In this document: positions 36,957 to 46,635 of the stretch, piece after piece
How positions within the stretch are numbered: position 1 is the first letter of the stretch
Layout of the letters: each line of letters starts with the position of its first letter
Source of the DNA: Fimbriimonadales bacterium
GTDB taxonomy: Bacteria > Armatimonadota > Fimbriimonadia > Fimbriimonadales > JABRVX01
Direction of reading: 5' to 3'
NCBI GenBank assembly: GCA_045862955.1
Contig: BTVI01000023.1
Coordinates: forward strand, 1-48,706
Length of the DNA stretch: 48,706 bases
Translations under genes and position numbers: made by a program
Notes under the pieces: generated by a model
Told to the model about the DNA's origin: nothing
The model's input: the letters and a program-made list of their open reading frames with translations, nothing else
The model's database searches: none

Positions 36957-37832
36957 ATGAACTGCGCACAGGCTCAAGACCGATTCTCCGAATACCGCGA
37001 AGGCAGCCTCTCCGAGGGGCTTGCGGGTCATCTGCGTCGCCACATGGAAACCTGCGCGGAGTGCAGGGCCGCCTTTGCCGAGTTCGACCGCGTGTGGCAG
37101 ATGCTCGGCGAGATAGAAGATGCTCCCATCCCCGAGAACCTGGATTACTACATCCGCGCGAGGATCAGCAATGATGCCCTTCAGGCGAGATCGGCATCTC
37201 ACGGGAGCTGGCTTCGCTGGCTGAGGAACGTAACCGCAGTGGGCGCCGTGGCTGCCGTGCTCGTGATTGCCTACCTGAACGTAGTCCCCGAAGGATTGCA
37301 GATCAGCGGCCCCTTCGGCAGGACGGAGGACCCGAAGCCGCTACCTGCAACCGTCCAGACGCTTGCCTGGAAGGAACGTGCTCCAGCGATCGAAATCGCG
37401 GCGAATACCGGAACCGATGTTCGGATACAGCAGTTGTCGGGATACGGGGAGGCGAGCGAAGTAGACTCGTTCCGCGTCGGCAAGGACAAGACGGTGCGTG
37501 TGGCACTCAAGAGCCTGGCCGACGCTTCCCGACCCACGGTCCTCTGGGTCACAGCCACGGCTGACGGGCGCGACGAAATGGGGCTTTATGTGCTTCCCTT
37601 CGGGCCGACTGTACCGGCCGAGGTAGTAACGGGCGAGGCGTTGTCCGTGCTGCTGACTGTGGCCTCGCATTACGACGTGCCGATCGTAGTTCGACGAACC
37701 GTCCCTGGCGGGCAGTTGTTGGTGGATTGTCGCGCGAGTTCCATCGTCGACGCCCTGCGACAAGCCAAGGGATTGGAAGCTTGGACCGTAGAGCGCACGA
37801 AAGATTACGTGGAGCTTCGACCGGGCAGATAA
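36957..37832 (+). CDS. Anti-sigma factor (zf-HC2/ZAS), single TM with extracytoplasmic domains
   Basis: HMETCAEC (HxxxCxxC), TM AVGAVAAVLVIAYL. Directly follows the ECF sigma gene. Confidence 0.85.
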   Translation: MNCAQAQDRFSEYREGSLSEGLAGHLRRHMETCAECRAAFAEFDRVWQMLGEIEDAPIPENLDYYIRARISNDALQARSASHGSWLRWLRNVTAVGAVAAVLVIAYLNVVPEGLQISGPFGRTEDPKPLPATVQTLAWKERAPAIEIAANTGTDVRIQQLSGYGEASEVDSFRVGKDKTVRVALKSLADASRPTVLWVTATADGRDEMGLYVLPFGPTVPAEVVTGEALSVLLTVASHYDVPIVVRRTVPGGQLLVDCRASSIVDALRQAKGLEAWTVERTKDYVELRPGR

Positions 37833-37868
37833 CTCTCTCCTTCGTTCCTGGTCGAGTAGAGCAACGAA

Positions 37869-37902
37869 CGGCCCCTGCGGATTCAGCCCTCCGCAGGGGC
37901 CG
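37869..37902. terminator. GC-rich hairpin between convergent genes
   Basis: CGGCCCCTGCGGA / TCCGCAGGGGCCG 13-bp stem, no U-tract. Confidence 0.55.
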
Positions 37903-37912
37903 AACCTCGTGT

Positions 37913-38479
37913 CTACTCGAGCTCCTTCACTAACGCCAGAACTTGTTTGAACTCGGGCGTGCCGCTCTGATACAGCCACTCGTAGACGACGCTCTCGCTG
38001 TTGGTGAGGATTGCCCCCGCGTTCGCCATCCGGTGCAGAGCGTACTTGTGGTTCTTCTTTCCGCGTGCGGATACGGCGTCCGTCGGGATGCCTACGGTGT
38101 AGCCGGCATGAAGCAGGTCATGCGCCGTTTGGTTTATGCAGATGTGGGTCTCGATGCCGCAAAGCACGACCTGGCGTCGTCCGCCCGCCTGCAGTTCCAT
38201 CGCGAACTTCTCTGCTCCGTAGCAGCTGAAGCAGAGCTTGTCGGTCGGCACACAGTCCTCTGGCAGCACTTCCTGAATCGCGGGGACCATACCCCCCATC
38301 CTCGTGGCGTATTGCAGCGTTGCGAGGATGGGGATGTTCATCACGCGGGCGGCTTGGATGAGGAACCGCGAGCGGCTAACTACGCGGTCCTTGTCTTCGC
38401 AGGGATCGAGAAAAGGCTTCTGGATGTCAACGACGACCAAGACCGAGGCATCCTTGTCGAAGAGTTGAGGGTGTCGCAT
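37913..38479 (-). CDS. Isochorismatase-family hydrolase
   Basis: VVDIQ, KLCFSC, GIETHICINQT, DAVSAR, ESVVYEW. Start taken at ATG 38479. Confidence 0.9.
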   Translation of the reverse strand: MRHPQLFDKDASVLVVVDIQKPFLDPCEDKDRVVSRSRFLIQAARVMNIPILATLQYATRMGGMVPAIQEVLPEDCVPTDKLCFSCYGAEKFAMELQAGGRRQVVLCGIETHICINQTAHDLLHAGYTVGIPTDAVSARGKKNHKYALHRMANAGAILTNSESVVYEWLYQSGTPEFKQVLALVKELE

Positions 38480-38806
38480 GTCTGCCAGTTTGGCGCAGAG
38501 GACCGCGCGCCGGCAAGCGAGCGGCTCACCATGCCCATGGGCCGCGTCCCGGTCGGCCGCCGAAGGGGTCCTTCGTGCCCCGGCGCGGTCCTTCGGTTCG
38601 CATAGCCCGTTCGGTTGGTTGCTGAGCGGCGGACGCGGGCCGGGGCATGGAAAGAGATCCTGGCCCAGACCCGTCACGCTGGTTCGGCTAACGAACACGT
38701 CACGGTGCAATGGGGCTGGCATCACCCGACGGCTTCAGTGAGAGAGTGCCTCGCATCACCCGGCGCCCGAGCAGCGGGCGGCGCGTGACCGATGAGGCGG
38801 AGTGGC

Positions 38807-39547
38807 CTATGACAGTGGGAGTAGGCGGTAGGAGGATAGGCGCGGCGATGGGCTGAGAGAGAGGACGACTTCCCCCACGAAGCGCCCGTGAGAGCCCGCC
38901 TGGACGATGGGCACGCCATCCACCGCCTCGGGACGTTCGAGGACATCGTGCGAGTGGCCACCCACGATGAGGTCGAAGCCGAGGCCAGCCCCTGCGAGCT
39001 TGCGGTCCACTTTGAGCCCCACGTGCGTCAGCGCAACCAGGACGTCGCACTTCGCCCGCAACTCGGGTGCAAAGCGTGCGGCCGATGCCAGCGGGTCCTC
39101 GAACAGGAAGTTGCTCAGGGCAGATGCGACCATGCGCGGCGTGACCATCGGCACCGACAGCCCCAGCACGCCGACCGTGCGTTCGCCGACACGAAGCAAG
39201 ACGTAAGGAGCGAGCCGTGGTTCTTCGGGTCTTTGGACGTACATGTTGGCGCAGAGCACCGGCATCGGCGCGCCTTTGAGCTTGGCACGCAGCCCGCCCT
39301 CCGTCACGTGGAACTCCCGATTGCCGAGCGTGAGGGCGTCGTAGTCGGCCACCTCCATTCGCTGCCACACCGGCTCCGGGCGAAGAGGGATTCCGATGTT
39401 TCCGGTGCGGATCGCATCGCCCGAGTCCAAGAGGAGTGTGCCGGACCGCTCGGCTTTGAGCCGCGCAAGGTACTCGGCACCCGCATCGGACAGCTTGCCG
39501 TGCAGGTCGTTGGTGAAGAGCACCCGGACGCTGGCCGGCCTACCCAA
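38807..39547 (-). CDS. Calcineurin-like metallophosphoesterase (5'-nucleotidase N-terminal domain only)
   Basis: TNDLHG, LDSGD, GNREF, LTHVG, GGHSH, QAGSHG. Confidence 0.85.
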   Translation of the reverse strand: MGRPASVRVLFTNDLHGKLSDAGAEYLARLKAERSGTLLLDSGDAIRTGNIGIPLRPEPVWQRMEVADYDALTLGNREFHVTEGGLRAKLKGAPMPVLCANMYVQRPEEPRLAPYVLLRVGERTVGVLGLSVPMVTPRMVASALSNFLFEDPLASAARFAPELRAKCDVLVALTHVGLKVDRKLAGAGLGFDLIVGGHSHDVLERPEAVDGVPIVQAGSHGRFVGEVVLSLSPSPRLSSYRLLPLS

Positions 39548-39565
39548 CGCTAGACCTGGTCCCGA

Positions 39566-41950
39566 TCACGGCTCCCCCTCCTCGTACTGCCGCATCATCC
39601 GTTCCCTCTCCGCCTTCGACTTCTCGATAAGCTGCTTTACATCCGGCGGTGGGTTTTTCGGGTCGAACGAAGAGTTGGGGACCTCGTGTGACACGCCCAC
39701 CTGCACCGTGATCGCCACCTCTGGTGTGAGGTGAACACGGAAGTGGTAGTCCTCGTACACAACGCGTCCGAAGCGCGCCCCCACACCGAACCGACCCATC
39801 TCCTCGAGGCTCTCATCCATCGCAGACATCATCGCAGCGAACTGCGACTCGGGCAGTTCCATGCGATACACGGTCTCCTTGTCGGCACCCATGGTCGCCG
39901 CCATGTAGAAGCCGTTCGTGGTCTTCCTCTCGAGCGATACGGCAACGGGCATGGACGTCTTGTCCGGAATGTACTCCGTCCAGTCATACGGCTCGGCAGG
40001 CTCGGCAAAGCCCGGAGTCTGCGAAGTCGCTCCTGGCGCATCGGGAGTCTCCGACTCGGTATCCCAGCCCGAGAACACTTGCATGCTGCCGAACTCCGAG
40101 TGCCGCTGGATGAGGGTATGGATTGCCTCGCGCGCAGCAGGTGTCATCAACTGGAGCGGGACGCGGTCACCTGCCAGCAGGGCCTTCCGTTGGGCCACAC
40201 TCAGGGCGCCCCACATGCGAAGAACGGAGCGGGAGGAGACATCCTGCAGAGAGGACGCGGTACGGCTCTGCGCCAGGAACCCAGTCCGCATCCAAGGCCA
40301 GCTGCTTTCGAACTGGTCTTCAGTTAGGCTCGTGGCGATTTGCGCGAGCTCGTCGAACGACATCTCCGAGCCGTAACCTACACTTTGCAGCCTGGTATAG
40401 ACCGATGGCGGGATCTGCCGTGGCCGCCAGTAGGCCCAGTCGGAGGTCCGGAGCGTAATCCAGCCGTCCTCGAGCTTCCACTCGATGCCTCCAGATGCCT
40501 TCAGCGCGTCGAGCAAGCGACCCACCTGCTGCTCTCCCCGCGGCACGAGGCCGAACGGGGTGTCGAACTCACCGGTAGACTGGCCGATGTACGCATCGGA
40601 GACGAGGCAGACACCCGCGCTGTCGGCTATCGCGTGGCGTACCGGCGTAACCAGTACGCTGAATAGCCCTTGTGTGCGGAAACCTCTGAGCACGTTCACC
40701 ATGCTTGCTGCCTGCTCCCCTTCATCGAGGGAATCGAGCCCACGAAACATTGGTGGGACCTTGACCGGCTTCCCGAGTATCGGATGATCGCTGTAGTCCT
40801 CGACGTCCTTCGGGGTAGCGGTCTCCTCGTCGTCAAATATGCGGCCAAAGCGTGCGTAGCGGCTCTCTGTGCCGAAGGTGTACTCGGCATAGACGAGCGG
40901 AGCCCGTTGGGCGTCCATCGCAATCAGCTTGGCGTGCACCGTGCCGGTGCGGCCACCGAACCCGAAAATGTTGATGCCGCCATCCGGTTTGGACAACGTA
41001 ATGGAGACAATCGCGACGTTCTGGTGGGCCCGTATCGCTGCTGGCCCTTCCTCGGGACCCAGACTGCTGAAGTTGGGGATCGTGTCCCAGTAGAGCCGCT
41101 CCTCCGGCGACATGACGTCCTGATCGCGCCCCTCGGCGGGTTCGACGGAGTGGTAGGGTTCTTCGGACATGCGAAGCCAATCGCGGGTATTCGCGACCCA
41201 TGAGCCGGGCAACCGGCCCTGGGTGGAGCGAGGAGTCGTACAGAACGATAGGGGTGTGCCGGATGCGAGCTGCATCCACTCCCTGTCGCCAAGCGTAGCG
41301 ATGAACTTGACGACAGCGCGTCGGTCAGGCTGAAAGTATTGACTGAACTCCCCCTCCTCCTTGCCTTGCCACTCTCGGTAGGCTTTCTCCTCTGGCGTCT
41401 CGCGGTAGGGCTCGTCCGGATTGCGCGACTCTTGGAGCTTCTGCCAGTCCACTTTGGGCTCTTGCCGATACCACTCGAGCAGCTTGGCGCGATAGTTCGC
41501 GAGGTCTTGCTCGGTCAGTCCGGCCTCTTTGGCAATCGCCTTACGTAGGGGCTCGATGCGCGCGAGCTCTTGCTGAGCACGCAACTTAGCCTCGGCTGCG
41601 ACAGACTCGGACGACTGGGTGAGAAGGTACTGCTTGCTGGATCCGGCCGTCTGCACCTGCCATGTAAAGCCGAAGTGCTGTGCGAGCTTCAGCAACACCT
41701 CGACATAGGATTTGTCCTTGACGACTAGCACGACGGTGTCGTTCGCCACACGGTTGCCGGCGGCGATGTTCACCCCCGTGTCCTTGGCAATGGCAGCGAG
41801 CAGGTCCGACATTGGCATCGCATCGAACTTGCGGCTGAACAGCGCCTGTAGTTTGGGCTCTGCACGCATCTGCTCCTCGGCAGACTGAGCGACCGTCGCG
41901 GTGATGCTCATGCCGAGCACAGCCAACAGGACGGGCCATCGAGATTGCAT
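39566..41950 (-). CDS. Large secreted hypothetical protein with STN-like N-terminus (paralog 1)
   Basis: 794-aa ORF, signal peptide, GGGGAGG RBS. Clear similarity to the neighbouring gene. Confidence 0.8.
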   Translation of the reverse strand: MQSRWPVLLAVLGMSITATVAQSAEEQMRAEPKLQALFSRKFDAMPMSDLLAAIAKDTGVNIAAGNRVANDTVVLVVKDKSYVEVLLKLAQHFGFTWQVQTAGSSKQYLLTQSSESVAAEAKLRAQQELARIEPLRKAIAKEAGLTEQDLANYRAKLLEWYRQEPKVDWQKLQESRNPDEPYRETPEEKAYREWQGKEEGEFSQYFQPDRRAVVKFIATLGDREWMQLASGTPLSFCTTPRSTQGRLPGSWVANTRDWLRMSEEPYHSVEPAEGRDQDVMSPEERLYWDTIPNFSSLGPEEGPAAIRAHQNVAIVSITLSKPDGGINIFGFGGRTGTVHAKLIAMDAQRAPLVYAEYTFGTESRYARFGRIFDDEETATPKDVEDYSDHPILGKPVKVPPMFRGLDSLDEGEQAASMVNVLRGFRTQGLFSVLVTPVRHAIADSAGVCLVSDAYIGQSTGEFDTPFGLVPRGEQQVGRLLDALKASGGIEWKLEDGWITLRTSDWAYWRPRQIPPSVYTRLQSVGYGSEMSFDELAQIATSLTEDQFESSWPWMRTGFLAQSRTASSLQDVSSRSVLRMWGALSVAQRKALLAGDRVPLQLMTPAAREAIHTLIQRHSEFGSMQVFSGWDTESETPDAPGATSQTPGFAEPAEPYDWTEYIPDKTSMPVAVSLERKTTNGFYMAATMGADKETVYRMELPESQFAAMMSAMDESLEEMGRFGVGARFGRVVYEDYHFRVHLTPEVAITVQVGVSHEVPNSSFDPKNPPPDVKQLIEKSKAERERMMRQYEEGEP

Positions 41951-42039
41951 CGGTTTCCTCCCCCGTACGAAAGTCTAGGCAGGACTAGGCAATTAGTATA
42001 CGCCGGAACTCGGAAGGTGGTGGCGTTGCTTGGTGCGCG

Positions 42040-44301
42040 CTAGTCTTCGGCAGGCCGCTTCGGCTCCTCCATGAAGCGTTTCACCTCGTCGGGTAGTGCG
42101 TCTCCCGTGAACTCCTCGCCTTCGCCGGCTCGCGAGGTGCGCGCTGCTGCGGTGATCGCGAGCCGGTCCCCTAGATGTACGTTTAGAATCAGGCTATCTG
42201 CGTAGAACTTGCCGAAACGGAAGGTCATTCCCATGGCTGCGCCGTCTTCGCTCGACTGCGTGTACTGTCGCAGCATCCGGCGCGCACTGGAGGGAGGTGG
42301 CTCCAAGGCAAACGCCAGCACACCCTCGTCGGTGAAGGCGCGGACGTAGTAGGACGGGTAGGAGTTCAGCCGCGCGGTCAGGTAGACGGGTGCTTGCGGT
42401 GTGGGCGGGAAGTACTCGGTCCAGTCGAAGCTCATGCCGGGCCTGGGACTGGTTGGGATGCCGTCTTCCCTATCCCACTGGAAGGGGTATCCGAACTCGG
42501 CGAACTCTTCCGACATTCCGATCGGCTGCAGCTGCACGAGCGCCTCGAGGGCTGTCCTAGCTGCAGGGGTCAACTCTTCGTAGGAGATCGGTGCGCCAGA
42601 GAGGAGTGCAGCCTGCTGGGCGAGGGACAGCTCGGCCCAGAGGCGCAGTACGTGGAGTGCCTTCTCACCGATGATGCTGTTAGCCCCGACCGAACCCGCG
42701 AACATCTCGTAGCGCTGCAGCGGGATAAGGCCTCGGCACTGCGGAGGAGTAAGAGACGCTGCGATCTTCGTCAACTCGTCCAGGCTTGGCCGCTTACCCT
42801 GCATGTAGGTGACGAGCGTGCGAACTACCCAGTCGGGTGTGGTTCGGTTACGCTGGAACTGCCAGTCCTTCGTGCGCATGGAGAGCCAGCCGTTCTCGAG
42901 GCTCCACTTCTGTCCGTCGCTTCGTTCTAAGAGATCGAGTAGCTCGCCCACCCGGGGCTTTGCGGGCACGAGCTCGTTCATGCTGCGTACGAGGCTCGCC
43001 ACTAACAGGTCCTGGTAGGCATCGCAAATCAGGCTGCAACCGGTCGCATCGGCGATAGCCTTGCGCAAGGGGGCGACCGATGCCGCGAGAGGTCCCTTTT
43101 CGTGCATATCGCGCGTGAACTGCCTCAGGGCGGCGCGCAGCTCCCCCTGATCGGGGGAGCCGAGCGCGGCAAACACCTTCGGCACTGTCACGTACCGACC
43201 AAGGACGGGGTGCTCGGAGTAGTCCTTCGGCGGTGGTGGGGCATCCGGCTCGGTGCTCGGGAAGCGCATCGGGACACCGAACTGATAAGCGGCGAACCGA
43301 ATCGGCCTCCGTGCGGGATCATAGGCTACGAGGGCCACTGTCAGCTTGGTGGTGATCCCCGCCCCGAAGAGGTTTACGCTGGGCTCTTCGATCTGGAGCA
43401 CTAGTCCGACGCTCGCGATGGGAAGGTCCCACTCCTCAAAGCCGGGCCGTATGTTAAATGCCGTAGGTATGACCGCACGCGCTGCGCGGGTTTCGGGGGC
43501 TTGTGGATCGGTGCCCACTGGCAGGGGTTTTTCGGACTCCGCGGCCCAAGCCTGCACGTCCTTCACCCACGAGATGGGCAGGCGATTCTGGGAGGTGCGG
43601 GGAGCGGTGTGATAAGAAACCGTCTCACCTCTGGCGAGGCGCAGCCACACGTCGTCTTTGAGCGTGGCGAGGAAACGGGCGATTGCCAGCCGATCGGGTT
43701 TCAGCCGCTGTTGGTCTTCGGACTCTTCACTGGACATCCAGGCCTCATGGGCCTGCCACTCAGGACTACGGTACCAGTCGGGTGAGTCTCCGGGCTGAAG
43801 CTCGGGCTCCTTGGGCTTCCTGCGATACCACTCGAGCAGCTTCGCCTTGCGCTGTTCGATCTGCTCGGGGGTGATGGCAGCGTCCTTGCGCACATCGGCC
43901 CGAATCTTCTCGAGGCGCTCGAGCTGCAGGCGGTCTCGCTCCTTCGCCTCCTCCGCCGCGGCAGCGGAGGTCTGGGTCAGCAGGTAGTGCTTCTTCTTGC
44001 CGGCGTGCTGGACATCCCACTTGAACCCAAAGTGCTCGGCGAGCTCGATGAGAACTTCGGCGTACGACTTGTCGCGAACGAAGAGGAGCACCATGTCGTC
44101 TGCTGCCTTATTCCCCGCCGACATGCCCACGCCGGTTTCTTCGGCAAGACTCTCGACTAGCGCGGCCATCGGCATGGGGTCGAAGTCGCGCGAGAACACC
44201 GCCTGCAGGGCGGGCTCTGCCCTTAGCTGCTGTTCGGGGGTCATCTGCGCGTCCTGCGCGGCGAACAGCGTGACGGATACGACCAGGTGGAGCAGCATCA
44301 T
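42040..44301 (-). CDS. Large secreted hypothetical protein with STN-like N-terminus (paralog 2)
   Basis: Start MMLLHL at 44301 with signal peptide. EQQLRAEPALQAVFSRDFDPMPM matches paralog 1 EEQMRAEPKLQALFSRKFDAMPM. Confidence 0.8.
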   Translation of the reverse strand: MMLLHLVVSVTLFAAQDAQMTPEQQLRAEPALQAVFSRDFDPMPMAALVESLAEETGVGMSAGNKAADDMVLLFVRDKSYAEVLIELAEHFGFKWDVQHAGKKKHYLLTQTSAAAAEEAKERDRLQLERLEKIRADVRKDAAITPEQIEQRKAKLLEWYRRKPKEPELQPGDSPDWYRSPEWQAHEAWMSSEESEDQQRLKPDRLAIARFLATLKDDVWLRLARGETVSYHTAPRTSQNRLPISWVKDVQAWAAESEKPLPVGTDPQAPETRAARAVIPTAFNIRPGFEEWDLPIASVGLVLQIEEPSVNLFGAGITTKLTVALVAYDPARRPIRFAAYQFGVPMRFPSTEPDAPPPPKDYSEHPVLGRYVTVPKVFAALGSPDQGELRAALRQFTRDMHEKGPLAASVAPLRKAIADATGCSLICDAYQDLLVASLVRSMNELVPAKPRVGELLDLLERSDGQKWSLENGWLSMRTKDWQFQRNRTTPDWVVRTLVTYMQGKRPSLDELTKIAASLTPPQCRGLIPLQRYEMFAGSVGANSIIGEKALHVLRLWAELSLAQQAALLSGAPISYEELTPAARTALEALVQLQPIGMSEEFAEFGYPFQWDREDGIPTSPRPGMSFDWTEYFPPTPQAPVYLTARLNSYPSYYVRAFTDEGVLAFALEPPPSSARRMLRQYTQSSEDGAAMGMTFRFGKFYADSLILNVHLGDRLAITAAARTSRAGEGEEFTGDALPDEVKRFMEEPKRPAED

Positions 44302-44386
44302 CGCCTGCCTCCTATACCGGCCAGCGTGTTGGCATTCCTGGCTTATTATACAGAAAAAAGTCAGGGATGTTGCATGCGGCGATCGG

Positions 44387-44690
44387 TTACTTCTTGCTGC
44401 CGATGGGGATGATGTACGATGGCACTTCCTCGTCCGGCAGCATGATGGCCTTCCTGACCTCGGCATCGTCATAGCCGCCGATGCACACGGACCCGAGGCC
44501 GAGAGCAACCGCCTGCAACGAAAGGTTCTGACCGACGTGCTCCCCCTCCATGTGCTTGGAGCGCTCTGTCCGCACCCGGAGCGCGCCTCATGTCCGGGAG
44601 TAGATGCCGCGGTCAGGACGAACATGGGGGCTTCTACGAGCACGGGCACACTGCTGGATCTCGGACCTGTCGGAACGCCTCCGATCACAC
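44387..44690 (-). pseudogene. Degenerate SagB/ThcOx-type nitroreductase remnant
   Basis: C-terminal HMEGEHVGQNLSLQAVALGLGSVCIGGYDD..IIPIG is intact. In-frame TGA at 44590-44588 after GIYSRT. Upstream EAPMFVLTA lies in another frame. N-terminus absent. Confidence 0.72.
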
Positions 44691-44799
44691 CCGACTAAGA
44701 CGTGCGCGGCTCCGTGCATCGGCAGCTTCAGGGACTCGTGGACGTCGCATCGTACGGTTCCATCTCGGAACCATCAGGGAACCAAACGGGGGAGAGATT

Positions 44800-45063
44800 C
44801 TATTGCCCTTTGGCGTGCCTTGCTTTCACCCACACACCGATGAGGAAGCACGCGGCGGCGCCCGCCGCCGCTGTCCAGTCTGCCGCTGGAATCTGCATTC
44901 CTAGCGAGAACACCGCGTAGCCTGCGAGGAACAGGCAGCTCACGCCGAACCACCCAGAACCCGGCTTCCCGCGCTTGGGTCCGACGAAGAACAGCAGCGA
45001 GACCGCGACGAACGCAGCGGCGTAGAAGAGCGTGGTGCCGATGCCGACCTCGGGCAGGTTCAC
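44800..45063 (-). CDS. Small hypothetical membrane protein (3 TM)
   Basis: Three hydrophobic segments. GTG 45063 overlaps the upstream TGA (GTGA). Confidence 0.65.
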   Translation of the reverse strand: MNLPEVGIGTTLFYAAAFVAVSLLFFVGPKRGKPGSGWFGVSCLFLAGYAVFSLGMQIPAADWTAAAGAAACFLIGVWVKARHAKGQ

Positions 45064-46625
45064 GGCGGGGTACCCCATCCGCCGCCGGAGGGTGTGTTGA
45101 CCGTCAGCGTGCCGCCAGCTCCGATCGAGAACGATCCCTTCGCTGGTACCTTCCGCTGCTTGCCTTGGTCAACGATCACGTCCATGCCGGTTCGCCCATG
45201 TCTTCCGCCGCTGACGCCATAAGGAGCTGTCCTCCTACGATCGGCGAGGAGCGAGCCCGTTACGGGCACCAGGAACCGGAAGGTCTTTCGCACACCGGCG
45301 CCTCCTCGGTGCAGTCCCTCGCCGCCTGGCCTGCCCGCGCAGTATTCGATGACCTGGATGGGCATCTCCTGCTCGAGAGCTTCTACGGGCGTGTTACGGG
45401 TATTGGTCATGTGCGAGTGCAGCCCTAGCGTGCCGTCTCGAGTCGCCGACGCGCCACCGCCGCCCCCGATCGTCTCGTAATAGGCAAAGGCTCGTCTGCG
45501 CTTCGGGTCCCAGCCGCCGAACGTCAGGTTATTCATGGTGCCTTGCGAGGCGGCGGGGATGCGCTCCGGCGCGGCTTGGGCAAGGGCTCCCAAGACGACG
45601 TCGGTGATTCGCTGACTCGTTTCCACGTTGCCCCCCGCCACTGCAGCCGGATACGACGCGTTCACTACGGTTCCCTGCGGCGCCAGCACTCGGATCGGTT
45701 GGCGACAACCTTCGTTGGTGGGGGCATCCGGGTCCAAGAGACAGCGCACCGCGTAGAGGCAAGCAGACTCGGTGACTGCGAGCGTGGCGTTGATGCCGGC
45801 GGGTCGCTGTGGGTCGCTTCCGGAGAAATCGAAGCGTACCGAGCCGGAAGCGATCTCCGCACGGACCCGGATGCGGACGGGGCCCGCAGACACGCCGTCC
45901 GAGTCCAGGCAGTCCTCGAAGGAGTACTCCCCGTCCGGAAGCGAACGAAGCGCGCCGCGTGTTAGCGCCTCTGCGTACGCGATGGCTTCGTCCGTGCTCT
46001 CGCGAAAGGCAGTCGCGCCGTATCGCTCTGCGAGCACCCGCAGGCCCTCGGCACCTGAGCGGTTCGCGGCGATCTGGGCAAGGAGGTCGCCCCGTCGCTC
46101 GTCCGGGCGTCGGGAGTTGGAGCACACCAGAGACATCACGTCCTCGACCACCCGGCCCCTGGCGGTCAGACGGACGGGTGGGATGCGGAAGCCTTCGCCG
46201 AAGAGGTCGGGGACGTTCGGCATGGAGCCCGGTGTAACGCCTCCGACGTCGGCGTGGTGGGCACGGGAAGCCACGAAGCCCGCAAGACGGTCGCCGACAT
46301 AGACGGGGGACACGAGCGAAATGTCTGGCAGGTGCGTGCCGGCAAGGAAGGGATCGTTGCAGGCGATGGTGTCTCCTTCCCGCCATTGGACGCGCGGGAT
46401 CAACGCACGGACCAGTGCGGACATCGCACCGAGGTGCACCGGTATGTGCGCGGCCTGGGCGATCAACTGCCCGTCCGTGTCGAAGAGCGCACAAGAATAG
46501 TCGCGACGTTCCTTGATGTTTGCAGAGAAGGAACTGCGCTCGAGCCGAACACCCATCTCTTCCGCGATGGACGCCAGGACCTCGTTGAAAGCAACCACCC
46601 TGGTCGGGTCGAACCTGGAAGACAC
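45060..46625 (-). CDS. Hydantoinase B / oxoprolinase family protein
   Basis: SANIKERRDYSCA, HIPVHLG, NDPFLAGTHLPD, HHADVGG..PGSM, GNVETSQR, GTMNN, YETIGGG, NTPVE. Confidence 0.92.
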   Translation of the reverse strand: MSSRFDPTRVVAFNEVLASIAEEMGVRLERSSFSANIKERRDYSCALFDTDGQLIAQAAHIPVHLGAMSALVRALIPRVQWREGDTIACNDPFLAGTHLPDISLVSPVYVGDRLAGFVASRAHHADVGGVTPGSMPNVPDLFGEGFRIPPVRLTARGRVVEDVMSLVCSNSRRPDERRGDLLAQIAANRSGAEGLRVLAERYGATAFRESTDEAIAYAEALTRGALRSLPDGEYSFEDCLDSDGVSAGPVRIRVRAEIASGSVRFDFSGSDPQRPAGINATLAVTESACLYAVRCLLDPDAPTNEGCRQPIRVLAPQGTVVNASYPAAVAGGNVETSQRITDVVLGALAQAAPERIPAASQGTMNNLTFGGWDPKRRRAFAYYETIGGGGGASATRDGTLGLHSHMTNTRNTPVEALEQEMPIQVIEYCAGRPGGEGLHRGGAGVRKTFRFLVPVTGSLLADRRRTAPYGVSGGRHGRTGMDVIVDQGKQRKVPAKGSFSIGAGGTLTVNTPSGGGWGTPP

Positions 46626-46635
46626 GGAACGGCCT

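Noticed and set aside
44588..44590. Selenocysteine readthrough of the TGA in the nitroreductase
   Set aside because: Not a Cys-equivalent position, and an additional frameshift and truncation indicate decay.
44302..44688. N-terminal 129-aa extension of the 882-aa ORF
   Set aside because: The paralog alignment, signal peptide and promoter place the start at 44301. The extension overlaps the nitroreductase remnant.
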